Part shown: piece after piece, positions 35,761 to 48,738 of the stretch | How positions within the stretch are numbered: position 1 is the first letter of the stretch | Layout: the number at the start of each line of letters is the position of its first letter | Position numbers and translations under genes: made by a program | Assembly (NCBI RefSeq): GCF_964194155.1 | Contig: NC_135914.1 | Span: 1,860,001 to 1,924,000 of the forward strand | DNA: 64,000 nt | From: Cetorhinus maximus | Taxonomy: Eukaryota | Direction: 5' to 3' | The notes under the pieces: model-generated | Databases searched by the model: none | Told to the model about the DNA's origin: nothing | Seen by the model: the letters and a program-made list of their open reading frames with translations, nothing else

Positions 35761-38379
35761 GGAGTAATTTTGACACAAAGAGGCAGGCGGGAAGGCAGAT
35801 TGTGGGTGAAGAAGTTACTAAAATAATAGCGTCATATTCTAATTTCTTTTTTCAATCTGGTGTGTTTTTGCTGAAATCCGAATAAATGAATGTTGTCTCG
35901 GTGAATTAACCAGAACACTCGGAAAGGGGGACATTTCCACTCTGCCCACGCGAATGTCATAAGCAGCCGTGTTGTTGAAATCAGCACCATTGCCTTTTGT
36001 CTTCAGTTTGCACCAGCCTGGACTGCGCACCGCCTGTGACGCGTGTTTACCACGATCTGCAGCGTGTTGCCCTTTGCAGGCAGAGCGGTGTGTGGTCTCC
36101 TAACGTGTAAACAGGAAATCCTCAGCTAGAACTTACACGTGCTGTATTTTCCACTGCGCTATTTTTAAATGTTGCACGTAATTTCCGCAAAATATGCATT
36201 TTCACCTCGTCTTCCGGGTCCGGGGCCGAGAACAGAGGCGCCCGAGCGAAGAGACGGTGAAAATCTCACAGCAGCCGGCCCGGGATCGGAGGCCGAGAGC
36301 TTCTTAATGCCCTGTGCGTTGCTGCATCTGTTTCCAGGTTTGTGCCCTCTTCACTCCTCATTCGGACTTGTTTAAGACCACTGATATAGTCAGCCAAGTG
36401 GAAAATTATCACCATGGCTATATTCTATAATATTAGCTTCATGTTGAAGGACCGAGTTATGTCCTCCTGATCAAAATTGATCACATATTAACATACTCCA
36501 ATCTATCGGATGAGATGTTCAAACGATATCCTTTGTCTGCCCCTTTCGGATGCAAAAGGTCCCAGGGTCAATATTCGCAGAGGAACGGAGGGGGAGGCGG
36601 GCGGCGGAGTTCCCGCCGTATCCCTGGGGCGAACACATATCCCCCAACCAACAACATTAAAAACACGAACTGGTTCATAATCACTTTATTATTTGTGAGT
36701 CTAGCTGTGCGCAGTTAAAGCTGCCGCCTTTCCTGCATAACAACAGAGATTAACTTAAAAGAAACTCCTTCATTGCCACTTATGCGCCTCTTTTTCCCTC
36801 TTGCTCCTGTTATTGTTTCAAATTTAACCCTCAATGTTTGACTCCGTTAGCCTGTATTAACCGGTGGATGGTCTATTATATATTTTACTGTTTTAGTCGA
36901 TTCGCCATGGCAAGTGTATACTCTCTCCCTGCCACAACAGAATCCATAGTGTTGGTTTTGTACCTCGCAGTTATTGTACCTCAGGCAGTTTTGCGCCAGA
37001 CACTGGAAGGTCAGAGTCTGTCGCTTGGAAGTGCCTACAAGGTGCATTGTGACACGGCTTAGTTGACGGTGGTGGGGTGGGGATTGTGGGGTTTGCTGTT
37101 GGTGGGGTGCGGGGGGCGGTCCACTGGCATAAGCGGAACCATCGCACACATCTGCAACTGGTTCTACATCTAAGCCGCGACAGAATGCAACTCTCGAACC
37201 GGGATCTTTTCGAGTGAAGCTAACCAGAATCCACACGCTGTTCTCTGAATATTGAGCGTGTCCAGGCCCCTGATTCGGGCATGTATTACTGTGCAGCTAA
37301 GGAACTCAGTGGGATGTCCTTTACGTTTGGAAATGGTTCAAAGTTGCTTATCACAGGCAGAAATTCGGATAACTTAACACATTGCAACATCAATGACCAG
37401 GAAGTTATGGTCGATGGTAATGGAATCTTAAGGCCCGGCCCTACAACGTTCTCCAATAATCGATCATTTAACTCCGCCTCCAGCTGAAATTGTGTCGTTG
37501 TAAAGTGTCCCTTCGGTGTGTTGGGTGAAGAGTGTGGGCCTCGATTCCTTTTCCGTCCGCTTCAATATTTCCGGGCGGGGCCCCGAGTGACAGATCGATT
37601 CCGAATATCGAGCCGGACGGGACATGCAACATGAGGAGTTTCATAATTCTCTGCGCGGAAACTTGAAGCCGCGGCGCTCTCTGTACTTGCGCCGTTCCAA
37701 TCAACTCCAGTGAAAATCATCCAAGTGAAAGTGCCTCAGCTCAGAGGGGTCGGTATTAACAATTACCTTGTACATTTCATTTGCGGCCGATTTGTTACCA
37801 ATAGTTATTTGTATATCAGAACTCCCCCTTTCTATGCGCTCATGTATCATTTTCTGAGCCCTTACCCTGCCCTTATATAACTCATCGTTTTAGTGTTTAG
37901 CTTTCTGAATTTTTAAGTCCATCTGTGTAGTTGGGATAAAAGGGTACGGAGGGAGATAAAATATTTTGACATGTCAATGATTAAATAAAATCCCAATTTC
38001 CTATTTACTATTTTCTCTCTTGATTTCTCTATGTCATGACCTGTTTTCCATCGAGCTTGCAACACAGAAACGGTGCTTTCGGCCCTTTGGCTCGGTGCTG
38101 GTGTTTCTGCTCCATGCGAACCCCCTCCAACCCCATCTTCATCTCAGCCCATCAACATATCCTCCTGTTCCTTTCTCCCTCATGTGCTTATACAGCAACA
38201 CCAATCAACCCATCTCAGCTTGGATGACTAAACTGATCATAACACCGTGGTACAGGGAGCCAGTCAATTGGGTGGTGGTGGTGGTGGTGGTGGTGGTGGT
38301 GGGGGGGGGGGGGGGGGGGGATTGGGCGTGGGGAGGAGTGGGGAGGAGGGGAGGGGTTGGGGGCGAGTTAGAAATAGAA

Positions 38380-38980
38380 ATGTAGCTCTAATCGGGGACA
38401 GTATAGTTCGGGGAATAGATATTGTTCCCTTCAGCCAGGATCGAGAATCCCGAAGGCTGTGTTGCCTACCTGGTGCCAGGGTTAAGGATATCTCATTTCA
38501 TCTAATCTGGGCTGCAGCCGAATTTGGCGTGAGGGCGGAAAGATCCAGTTGTCGCGTACCACCTAGGTACCAACGGTATAGGTAGCACGAGGAATGTAGT
38601 TCTGCTGAGAGAATACGAGCAGCTAGGGGCTAAATGAAAAAGCAGGATCAAGAAGGTAATAATCTCCGGACATCCACCTGAGTCACGAGCTAATTGGCGG
38701 TGGCAGATTTAACTAAGGAATGAGGAGGAATTACGTTTCTGAAAGGGTCGTGAATCTGTGGAACTCACTACCTCAGAGTTCAGTTGGTGCCAGGACGCTG
38801 AATAAATATAAGGAGGAGATAGACAGGCTTTTAATAAGCAACGGGTTGAAAGGTTACGGGAAGAGTGCGGAAAATTGTTGTTGAGGCCGAAATTAGATCA
38901 GCCATGATCGTGTTAAATGGCGGGGCAGCCTCGAGGGGTTGAATTGCCTACTCCTGCTTTAAGTTGTAATGTTCTGTAAT
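38380..38980 (+). mobile_element. CR1 ORF1 esterase (GDSL/SGNH-type) fragment followed by a CR1 3' end
   Basis: ALIGDSIVRGID..CCLPGARVKDI..HLGTN; 38715-38975 matches 30900-31150. Confidence 0.75.
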
Positions 38981-39927
38981 TCACCTCAACATCTGCCTTT
39001 GGGAACGAACATCACGTTCTGCCCGCTGTCTGGTTAAAGAGGTTTCTCCTGAATTCTCGAAAGGATTTGTTAATGACTATCTGGTATTGACGTCTTCTAG
39101 TTCTGGCCTCCCCTAAAATGTGCCAATACCTTACCCACGCCTGCTCGGAAATCCCTTTCATAGTCTTAAAGTCCTTGATCAGGTCACCCCACAATCTTCT
39201 CCTTTCTCGAAAAATAGAAGACAGCCTTTTCAAACTTTCCTGAATGTTATAACCTCTCACTTTGTTGACATTCCAGTAAGCCTTTTTTTGCACCTTCCCC
39301 TGTGCTTCTATATTCTTTTTTATGATGTGGAGACCAGAAATATTCACAGGACGCTAAATGTGGTCAAGCTATGTTTTGATACATGCTTAGAGTCGCCTTT
39401 CTCCTTTTCAATCCTGGGCCTGTTTTTTTTTATGACCTTATTAACCTCTCTCACCACTTTCAATGATTTTTGTGTCTATACCTCAGAATCCTCGGCTCCT
39501 CTATCCGATTAAAACTCTTATTTTCCAGTGAGTGTGTGGTCCGAACCCTATCACTATGCCGAACCCAAACCCCAATTCTTATCCTTCCCAGCAAAACGGT
39601 CTCTCTATAGCATTTCATCCAAGACAGAAACAATGAATCCGCTGGTTGAACTTAAGCTACTTAGCCTTTCATGCATGGCGGACAAACGCTTTGTATCAAT
39701 AACTATACATGAAATTGGTGAGCATTTCTAAATAGATGGTTTCCTTAAAGGCAACCAACACCGATTTGTGAATGTGAAGTCATGCTTAACACATTTAACA
39801 GAGATTGCTCTTTCAAGTAGTGTCTGAGTGAACAGTTAAAAAATAATCCAGTAGATGGAAACTGTATGGAGTTCACAAGGCCTTCATGTGTTTGTGCTTT
39901 ATAAATTTACCTATGTATTTCTCGCCT

Positions 39928-40460
39928 NNNNNNNNNNNNNNNNNNNNNNNNNNNNNNNNNNNNNNNNNNNNNNNNNNNNNNNNNNNNNNNNNNNNNNNNN
40001 NNNNNNNNNNNNNNNNNNNNNNNNNNNNNNNNNNNNNNNNNNNNNNNNNNNNNNNNNNNNNNNNNNNNNNNNNNNNNNNNNNNNNNNNNNNNNNNNNNNN
40101 NNNNNNNNNNNNNNNNNNNNNNNNNNNNNNNNNNNNNNNNNNNNNNNNNNNNNNNNNNNNNNNNNNNNNNNNNNNNNNNNNNNNNNNNNNNNNNNNNNNN
40201 NNNNNNNNNNNNNNNNNNNNNNNNNNNNNNNNNNNNNNNNNNNNNNNNNNNNNNNNNNNNNNNNNNNNNNNNNNNNNNNNNNNNNNNNNNNNNNNNNNNN
40301 NNNNNNNNNNNNNNNNNNNNNNNNNNNNNNNNNNNNNNNNNNNNNNNNNNNNNNNNNNNNNNNNNNNNNNNNNNNNNNNNNNNNNNNNNNNNNNNNNNNN
40401 NNNNNNNNNNNNNNNNNNNNNNNNNNNNNNNNNNNNNNNNNNNNNNNNNNNNNNNNNNNN
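39928..40460. other. Assembly gap
   Basis: 533 N. Confidence 0.99.
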
Positions 40461-43400
40461 TAACTGTGTATCTATCGATCTCTCCCTCTCTCTCTCTATC
40501 TCACTCTATCCATCTATTGATAATCGATCGATCTATCTACCTATCCGTCTCTCTCTCTCTATCATTCTCTCATACGCTGTCTATGTGACTGTCTCTCCAT
40601 CTAGTCATCCATCTACCTTCAAATTTTAATATGTGCTTCGCTTACCTAATCATTTTCAAAACTTTTTTTTAATGTGCTTGGTGATGTTGGTGACAGTGAC
40701 AAGACTGACTTGATTGCCCATCCCGAGCTGCCCTCTGTAGGTGGTGCTGAATCTCCTTGAACCTTGTGCAAGAGCCAAAATGCTCGGGTTGAGGGATTTG
40801 TTCTGGAAAACAATGCCATTTTTCAATTTTTCCCCCGACCGCCTGCAGTTTCCCACTTCCCGGGAATTTGTCCGAGGCGGCAATTGTCCTTCTGGGGATG
40901 ATCCTTGCGGCCGGGTGAAGGAGATGCAGGAAAAAGCAGTCAGGGAGAGATTAGAGAGAGACCCTGTAACTCAGCAGAGCTCTTAATGCATCCATTAATC
41001 ACTGGGTTTTTGGCACGTTCAGCTGTTTGAATGTCAAATGAGGTCATTTCAAATAAGTTTAAATTTCGCTTTCTAATAGGCAACATGAACAGTGATGCGG
41101 AAGTGACACATTCCAGAGCACGGAGACAAGGGAATCCGGTAGCTATGGATGGAATTGTTTCCTAACAAGTGTCGGTACATTTCACTGAATTTAAATCTAA
41201 GGTTTAAAATTAATAGTTGCTGTCATATGAGTCTAGTTGATTTTGCTTAGCGCATATCGCAAGATAACACTGTTTACCCGTCCTATAACACTGCGGCAAT
41301 AGATGAAAATATAGGTAGGAATTCAATTGAATGTGTCAAAATTAAGATTGATAAGTATTTGATGGGTAAAGGGGATTTCGTGTCAGGGAACGAAGGCGAG
41401 GAGATGGTGTTAAAATAAAGATGAGGACGAGGCTTATAGAAGGACAGTAGATGCTCGACGGGCTGAATGGCCTCTTGATGATGGTGTGGCTCCGATAATT
41501 GTTTGTGTTTTCTCTTACAGATTCTTTTTGCCCGGCTGGCGTTTAATGCGGATCCCACTGTCAGATTGCAAACGATATTGAGGGCTCAAGTGCTGCTTCC
41601 GGGCTATGACGCGTAGTGGAAAGTTTCCTCTGTTGACTCCTTATTGGAGGATAGCCTGGAGGTGTGACCATTTCCAAGAGACAGCCATCGTAAATTCTGA
41701 TCCCGGCTGAATTCATATTTATCAATAATAATGAGCAATACAGGCCGCCGATTCGTCACCTACTGGACAGTCTTCAAGTCGGAACAGACTCTGTTTCAAG
41801 CCCAATTTGACTGTCGGAAATGTTAGCTTTCTGTTCAGTCTCGATATGTTTGAATTTTGTTATGGTAGTGTTTTTAAATACATTGTGCATCTTTGTGTAG
41901 CGTTTGAGCAGGAAAGAGCGCATCAGTGTCCACGTTCGCAATCTATTAAACACGTTTTGAAACGCAAGCATTATATTTGGGCTGTTTGATTCCTCAGTGC
42001 AGGTGTGCTAATTGGATCTGCAATGGCAGGTTACAGGACATCTTTATGGTCCAGATGTGAGCGGTTTAAAAGTGGGAACAATCCTACAATAATCATACCA
42101 GAACTGAGAGTTTATGATAGCACTGATCAATTCTCCACAAAAAAGATGACTGTGTGGTGACCTGATGGCGATAATAAAATTATGAAACTATTTCATGCGT
42201 GGAGACGGAAAGAGAATGTTCTCCTTTTCAGGAAGAGCTGAAGTAAACGCCGTGAACATTAGATATTCGCCAATAAATCCAATCCGGAATTCAGGAATAA
42301 TTACTTTCCCAGGGGGAAGGGGAGAATGCGGAACTCGCAACCACAGCGAATGTTTGGGGAAAATAGCTGAGATGCATTTAAGGGGGAATTTGGATAAATA
42401 CATCATGAATAACGGGACAGGAGGATATGTTGATGGGATGTAGAGGGCGTGGAAGGGTGCTCCTGTGGAGCATAAACATCAGCAGAGAGCAGAGGGGCTG
42501 AATGGCCTGATTTTGCTCTGAAAATAATTTTGAATTTTGTAAAGTAGAAAAGATGAGAAGTGACTGAAAGCTGTTTGCTCTGAGCAGTTTGCATCGATAA
42601 AAGAATTTCTTCTTCACACTAAAATAAATAGTGAAATGTGAAATTGGAATTCAAAGGACTTTTCGCCGACATGATCTAATATCTTTGCGTTACCCCTTCA
42701 GTATTATCATCATTAAAAAATAAGGTTTGAGACCACTGCTTTTTAAGAAATATGTTACGACTTCAACCAATGTTATTCACTGAGCAAGAAAAATCCCAGA
42801 GGGAGATATGGCTCACTGGTAATATATATATATTTTTCTATTTTGAAAAAGAGAGGTAATCTTTTACGATTCCTATATTAAAAGATTTATTAACAAGGAG
42901 AAAAAAAAACTCAATCATACAAGACTAAATTTAAACGCTTGAAGCAGTCTCACAAATTATTGTCCCGAGAAAAACACCCGCTTTTCAGAATGCACAAGCA
43001 AACTGTTTGGAAACAGCGTTCTTCTGGAGTTCTAACCGTAAAAATGCAGTAGTATTACCCAAGGCAAATACTGCTGCTACTTTAGTACAGTATGCCACAC
43101 GACTTCTCACTCTCTTCCAGTCTGCTGTGGAAATCCAAAGGGAGTTCAGAAACAGGCTCTGTCTTGAAAGGAAAGACTTCTTTGTGTTGATATCGGATGG
43201 CTGCTTCAAAGGCGATATTCTTCTCGGCACAGAGCTGGTCTCAGGGCATTTTCCCCACACAGCCACCTCAACTCAACTAAGCATTTACCTTAAGTATCTT
43301 TCTGACCCCCTTTCATCCTTGGTTCCAATGTCCTAAGCATTCCTTTGAACTCAAATTTCCAAAACTAAAAACTCATTCATGCCTTCATATTGAATTCACA

Positions 43401-44514
43401 TCCACGTCAAAATAAATTTAATAACCTTTCCTTGTTTACTTCTGAAATATCGGCTGCTGAAAAGACAAAGTGCTTCCTAACAGCTAATTCAAATTAAAAA
43501 AAAAACAACATATTAATTTATAATCCCAACATTACCATAGCCTCTCATTACAAATGCATGCATCGATCTGCTGTATCTTTCATCTCTAATTTCCCACAGG
43601 CAATCTGTCTTTACGAAATTTCCCCAGTTTAATTACTTATTGACACACAGACACACGCACCTTTCTTTATAGAATACCACCATGTTCCCAAAAATACATG
43701 AAAATAACATCCATTTACAGAAACCATTCACCTTGTTTCCAGATCCATTAATAATCGTGCACAACAAAATATAATGGATACCAGCCTCAACAGCTTCCTG
43801 AGGGACATAGATCCAGATTTCCACTCCAGCTTCCAAAGCACCTCTTGCTCCAAAACACAGTACACTCATGGATAATCTCCGACAAGTAGGCTTAAAGTTC
43901 AACATAAACCAAGAGACACTCTGTGGAAGTGAAATGGGACCATCACAAGTTTCCTGAATCACTGCCCGTGCCCCTCCCCTGCTGTATTCTAATTCATTAA
44001 ATGATAGAGCACATCATAAATCAGAGAAAGAAACCCACTCCGAACAGCATCTCCATTCAGGACTGATATTGCCAGCACAGCAGTAATTGCAGTTTTATCA
44101 AGATGACATTTAATTATAATTTAATTATTAATCAAAACAAATCTCTGGTGCATCGTTATAATCGAAGAATAATTTATTGTATTTACGTACAGACATTTGT
44201 CAACAAATGAACATCCAGTCAGTGCTTGGAGTTACAGGATCAGCAGAAAAAGCCCAGAGAAACTAAGGAAAGTCCTTAGTCTTTGTTTCATGTTTCTTTC
44301 ACACTTGAATTACACGATAACCGTGGAAAATCCTTAACCCTACTCAAGATCCCTTCAGAAAATGAGCCAGTCTTTGTAGTCTCTGGCGTGTCCACGGGGA
44401 AAGATAATTGTTTGATGGGAGTCTCATTGGCTCCATGTTGTTTCCACAAGGCAGTGGGTTATTTGGTAAATCCTGTCACCTCCATAATTTATCAGAGAGA
44501 AACAGTCCCGTTTC

Positions 44515-47500
44515 TCATCGGCGACCCGCTTTCTCTTTTGATCTTTTATCCAATGTAGCCAAGTCCAGGGAGGCGTAGAGAGGTCCGCCTTGGGTCTGTG
44601 AAACATTTTACACATTAACACCAGAAAGCAGTTAAAAGACAGGTCAGATTACCCAATCCCACAATCGCGTTTCATAGAACCACATAATGATACAACACTG
44701 ATGAAGGACATTCGGCCCATTGTGCCAGCTCTTTGAAAGAGTTATGCAATTTGCCCCCTTGAACCTTTATCTGTCTCCATATCGCTGCCATAATTTTCCC
44801 CTTCCACTATTTTCTAATTCCTTCTTGAATGTCCCTTTTGAATCTGCTTCAATTTCCCTCTAGATCAATTTGAGGGGATTTTTTTGCTTTATTTGTATGT
44901 GTAATAATTGTCTGAATTAATGTTTTGCAACAGAGAAGCAGAATTCGGAAATCTGTTTGATGTTGTTTCAGGCATAAAATATGAAACACCCTCCACCCCC
45001 ATCCCCTTCACCCATCTACTTGTAATAGTGGCGATACGATCTTTTATGCCGAGCTGAAAGGGCAGACAGGGCCACGGTTTAAAGTTTGATGCAAAAGCGG
45101 CACCTCAGACAGTGCAGCACTCGGCTTGGAGATTCAGTCTAGACTTTATGCTCAAGTTTCTGGACACACACACTCTCTCTCTCTCACACACACACATACA
45201 CAGACAGAGAGGCACACGTACTTTCCACCCAAATGGAATCATTCTTAGTCCACTTACAACAGAAACACAAATTCATTATTCTGTAAAACTCCCCTGATTT
45301 TGGTGATACCTTCATTGTAATTCCATTGGCTAATGTATTTATAAATTGGTTTCTTCGGGGGAAGGAGAAATGTGGGAAATTTGGGGGTTGGGGATGAGAC
45401 CCAATGTGGACATAAAAGAAAATAGCTTAATGCTAAAATTGAACCTGCTGCGAATCCACTGCTAAGTCTGACGGAGGCATTCTACCTGGAACATCACCCT
45501 ATCCTTTGTAGTATCAGATGGGGAGAGGACTGGGGGGAATTTTCTGATTTTAGATAGAAGGATGAATGGGATTTTATACAAATTCAGATGCTCAACACTG
45601 TGACCTGCTCTATGATAACAGCGAGAAATATCTAGCATGGGAACCATTGCATCTTATCCCAAAAACGAATTTTTTGTATATTGTCACAACAGATTCAAAA
45701 AACTCACCCGTATTGCATCCTGATGTGTCTGCTTTGCCTCTGCTTGACGCTGGTAATCTGTGTTATGAATTGAAACGTTATCCCAGTCTGGTCAATACAT
45801 AATTCAATGCAGATACATTGTTCGCCAATGATCCGCCAAATTACCAATGGCCCCAATACGCCAATCGGCCCCATATGTCTCTGGGCCCCCATTTCGGCGG
45901 GAGATCCCCCAATGCGAGAAAAGTCTCTCAATATTTCAATACAGTGGGGTGAATTTCTCCAATGGATGAACACGTACTATCTACCCCGCTGCGTGGTGTC
46001 TATTGTCCATCTGGTATATTACTGCCATTATTAATAACCAGTAAATAACATTTTACATGGTTCTCACAGATAGAGCGATTGTAGAACATTTTCATGACAG
46101 GAAATGCTCTTATTCATCTTCCAATTCCACCCACTTGAATTTAAAATGGTGCCAACATTTCAATGCAACTTACCCGTTTGTCGCTCATTCCGGCCCTCTC
46201 TTTGCCTTCTCTCTCTCAAGCTAAAACTGGATTGGAACAAAAATATCAAACACATGTTATATCTTTCAAATCCTGGCTCAGATGCCAGCAACACTTGAGA
46301 AGAGAATTGTAGAGCGTCCTTAGAATCAACCTTAAAAGATCATGGAAAATGTCATTATACATCATTAGAATCAGTGTTAGAGTTGAACTGGGTTATAGAC
46401 AGTGCTAAACATAGAGAGGGTGTTCGGGATTTACTTGGTTCAGTTACTCACTTTTCATTTTGGGATCTCTTGTCTCGTTCTTCTGAAAGCAGAAAATGTA
46501 ATCATGAATTGTAAACTACAAGAAGGGAATCAGATAAGGGAAACAATGTTTCAAATATCCCAGATAAATATTAATCCTGACCTGATCTGCCGCTTTTATG
46601 AATCCAAATGGAAATAAGGACCAAGAGTAGAACCAGTATCACCAGGACAGTTATGACAACAGGAAGGGTCAGCATGCACCATCCTACAGAGACAAAACAC
46701 TTAGAAACTGCTGCTCGGTCAAATCATCCTTTTCTGGGATTCTATGATGGGAAAGGTGACCCAAAAGGAAGCCCAGAATCAGTCCATTCGGACGATCGTG
46801 CCAGTAAAGGCTCTTTGAAAGGTATTTCTGATTATTCCTAGTCACCCTGCTCTTCCCCACAAATTTGAGTCCACCGCCCTTTCAGGCAGCGCCTTCCAGG
46901 TCAGAGCAACTCGCTGTGTAACAAAAAAAATCTCACCGTGCCCCGCTCTGGATAATTTATTGATTATCTTCCATCTGTGTCCCTCTCGTTACCGACCCTC
47001 CCGCCAGCGGAACGTTTTATGCGTATTTACGACATAGAGACCCCTAATTATTTTGAATTAAATCTCCCCCTTAAACCTCCTCTGCTCTAAGGAGAACAAT
47101 GCTAGCTTCTGTAGTCTCTCGACATTAACTGAAGTCCCATATCCCTGGTGCTAGTCTGCCAAATCTCCTCTCCCCCCATCAAAACCCCCCAACCACCACA
47201 AGGCATCCTTGGCTGTTTCCTGCTTGTAAAGTGATTCCAGTGTAGAACTGAACTCAAATCCATTCCAAGATACACTGCCTGAAAAGGGAATAACGCTTCG
47301 AAAGAGATAGTACCGGCACGATGGGCCGAAATCACTCTTTTCGCATCTAATGTTCTAGGATTTTACGATGTGATGGAGAAATATAAGACAAATCCAGGAA
47401 TTGTTTACAAGGACAAGACTACACCTTGGGCTAAGATAACCATAACTTATTTTAAAATACTTTAACAGGCTGAAAGCACACACACACAAACACACACACA

Positions 47501-48738
47501 AACACACACACTCACACACATAAACACACAAACACATACATACATATACATACATATATATATATATGGCTCTAAGAAGCTCATGATTTACTCCAAATTA
47601 CTTCAAAGTCGGATAACAGCCTCCGCTGCACAGATCAGCAACTCACCTGTCCCTGTCTCTGCTGCTTTGGGAAACGACACGCTCTTCGTCCAATATTTGC
47701 CTGGAGATCCCAGTTGAACAATACAAGTACAGGGACCGCCGCTTCTCCAGGTTTCCCTCGACACCATGACGTGACTTCTCACACTGTAGGTCCCGTCCGC
47801 CTCCCTTGTACCGGGATCTCTCGGTCCCTCGGTGACCAGGCCGGAAATGTTCCAGAAAATAACAATCTGTTTCGAAGAAACACCACTGACCAAACACACT
47901 ATGGGGACGGTTTCATTCAAATGCAGCTCACCAGGCGGGACGAACACCAGTACAGCCGTCTTGTTGGTGGAACTGTCTGGACAGAGATTGGGACACATTT
48001 AACGATTGATTTACACCAAATTATAATGCCGTGCATGATCTGAATTCATTTCACTTGCTCTCTTACCTCCAACCAGTAGTGTCGGTCCATTCTGGAGCGT
48101 TGCATAGCTAGCCCTACGAGCACAGTAGTAGGAACCCGAGTCATTCAACTGGACATTGCGAATTTCTAGAATCAACACATTTTCGCTGCTGCCCTTTTTG
48201 GAAATAAACTTACATTTGTCCCCCTGACAGGGCTGGATGTCGATTTGTTTCGGGGATTCACCCAGAAGTTGTTTGCACCAGAAATAGCTCGACACCAATC
48301 CCACTTGGTAAATGTACTGACAGGCTAATTCCACCGTCTCTCCGACTTCAGCTGTCATTATGAAGGGACCCTGAGGCAGTGAGGGCTCGGATTCTGTAAC
48401 TAGAGAGGTTATTGTTTCATCACTACTGGTTACTGAGAGATAGGAAGCAGCCGATTTGAAATACATCGCGTGTAATTTAAGTAGAATCACCACATTGACC
48501 TCAATCAGTCTTGGTTAGGTTAATTCTCCAATATGTTTTTATTCGTCTTGTAGTAGGAAACTGTAAATAAACTCAAATGTTCAGGTCAAATCCCTTGGCC
48601 AGATCACTGGGTCGCATTTTCAGCTAAGTAACCACTGATTCTGGTTGATTTCAATTTAGAATTATCTCCCGCCCTTTACCCACCGTAAATCCGCAGCACT
48701 TGGAAAATTAGAATCAGCGATAAAAATCCCTTGGACAT
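44515..48738 (-). CDS. Gene A3: non-rearranging V(J)-C1 Ig-superfamily membrane receptor, paralog of A1, 340 aa
   Basis: Leader 48738-48684 (MSKGFLSLILIFQVLRIY); V 48393-48067 (ELAC..W..DSGSYYCA..LQNGPTLLVG); C1 47976-47647; TM 46683-46582; cytoplasmic 46482-46452, 46220-46174, 45757-45708 and 44595-44515 (TQGGPLYASLDLATLDKRSKEKAGRR*). All introns GT-AG and the frame stays open throughout. Confidence 0.87.

Larger units (their letters stand above)
36295..41616 (+). pseudogene. B2: type-B VJ-C1 receptor pseudogene
   Basis: Leader about 36295-36337 (ATG changed to GAG). V-J 36971-37356 with TAG at 37060, a G-rich insertion and MYYCAAKELSGMSFTFGNGSKLLIT. C1 about 37450-37748 with TAA/TGA stops. 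TM about 40826-40944. Cytoplasmic about 41080-41138 and from 41521 (ILFARLAF). Confidence 0.85.

Noticed and set aside
48067-48393. VNAR-like shortened V domain
   Set aside because: Trp-to-Cys spacing is 52 residues, like a VL domain, not the shorter IgNAR V.
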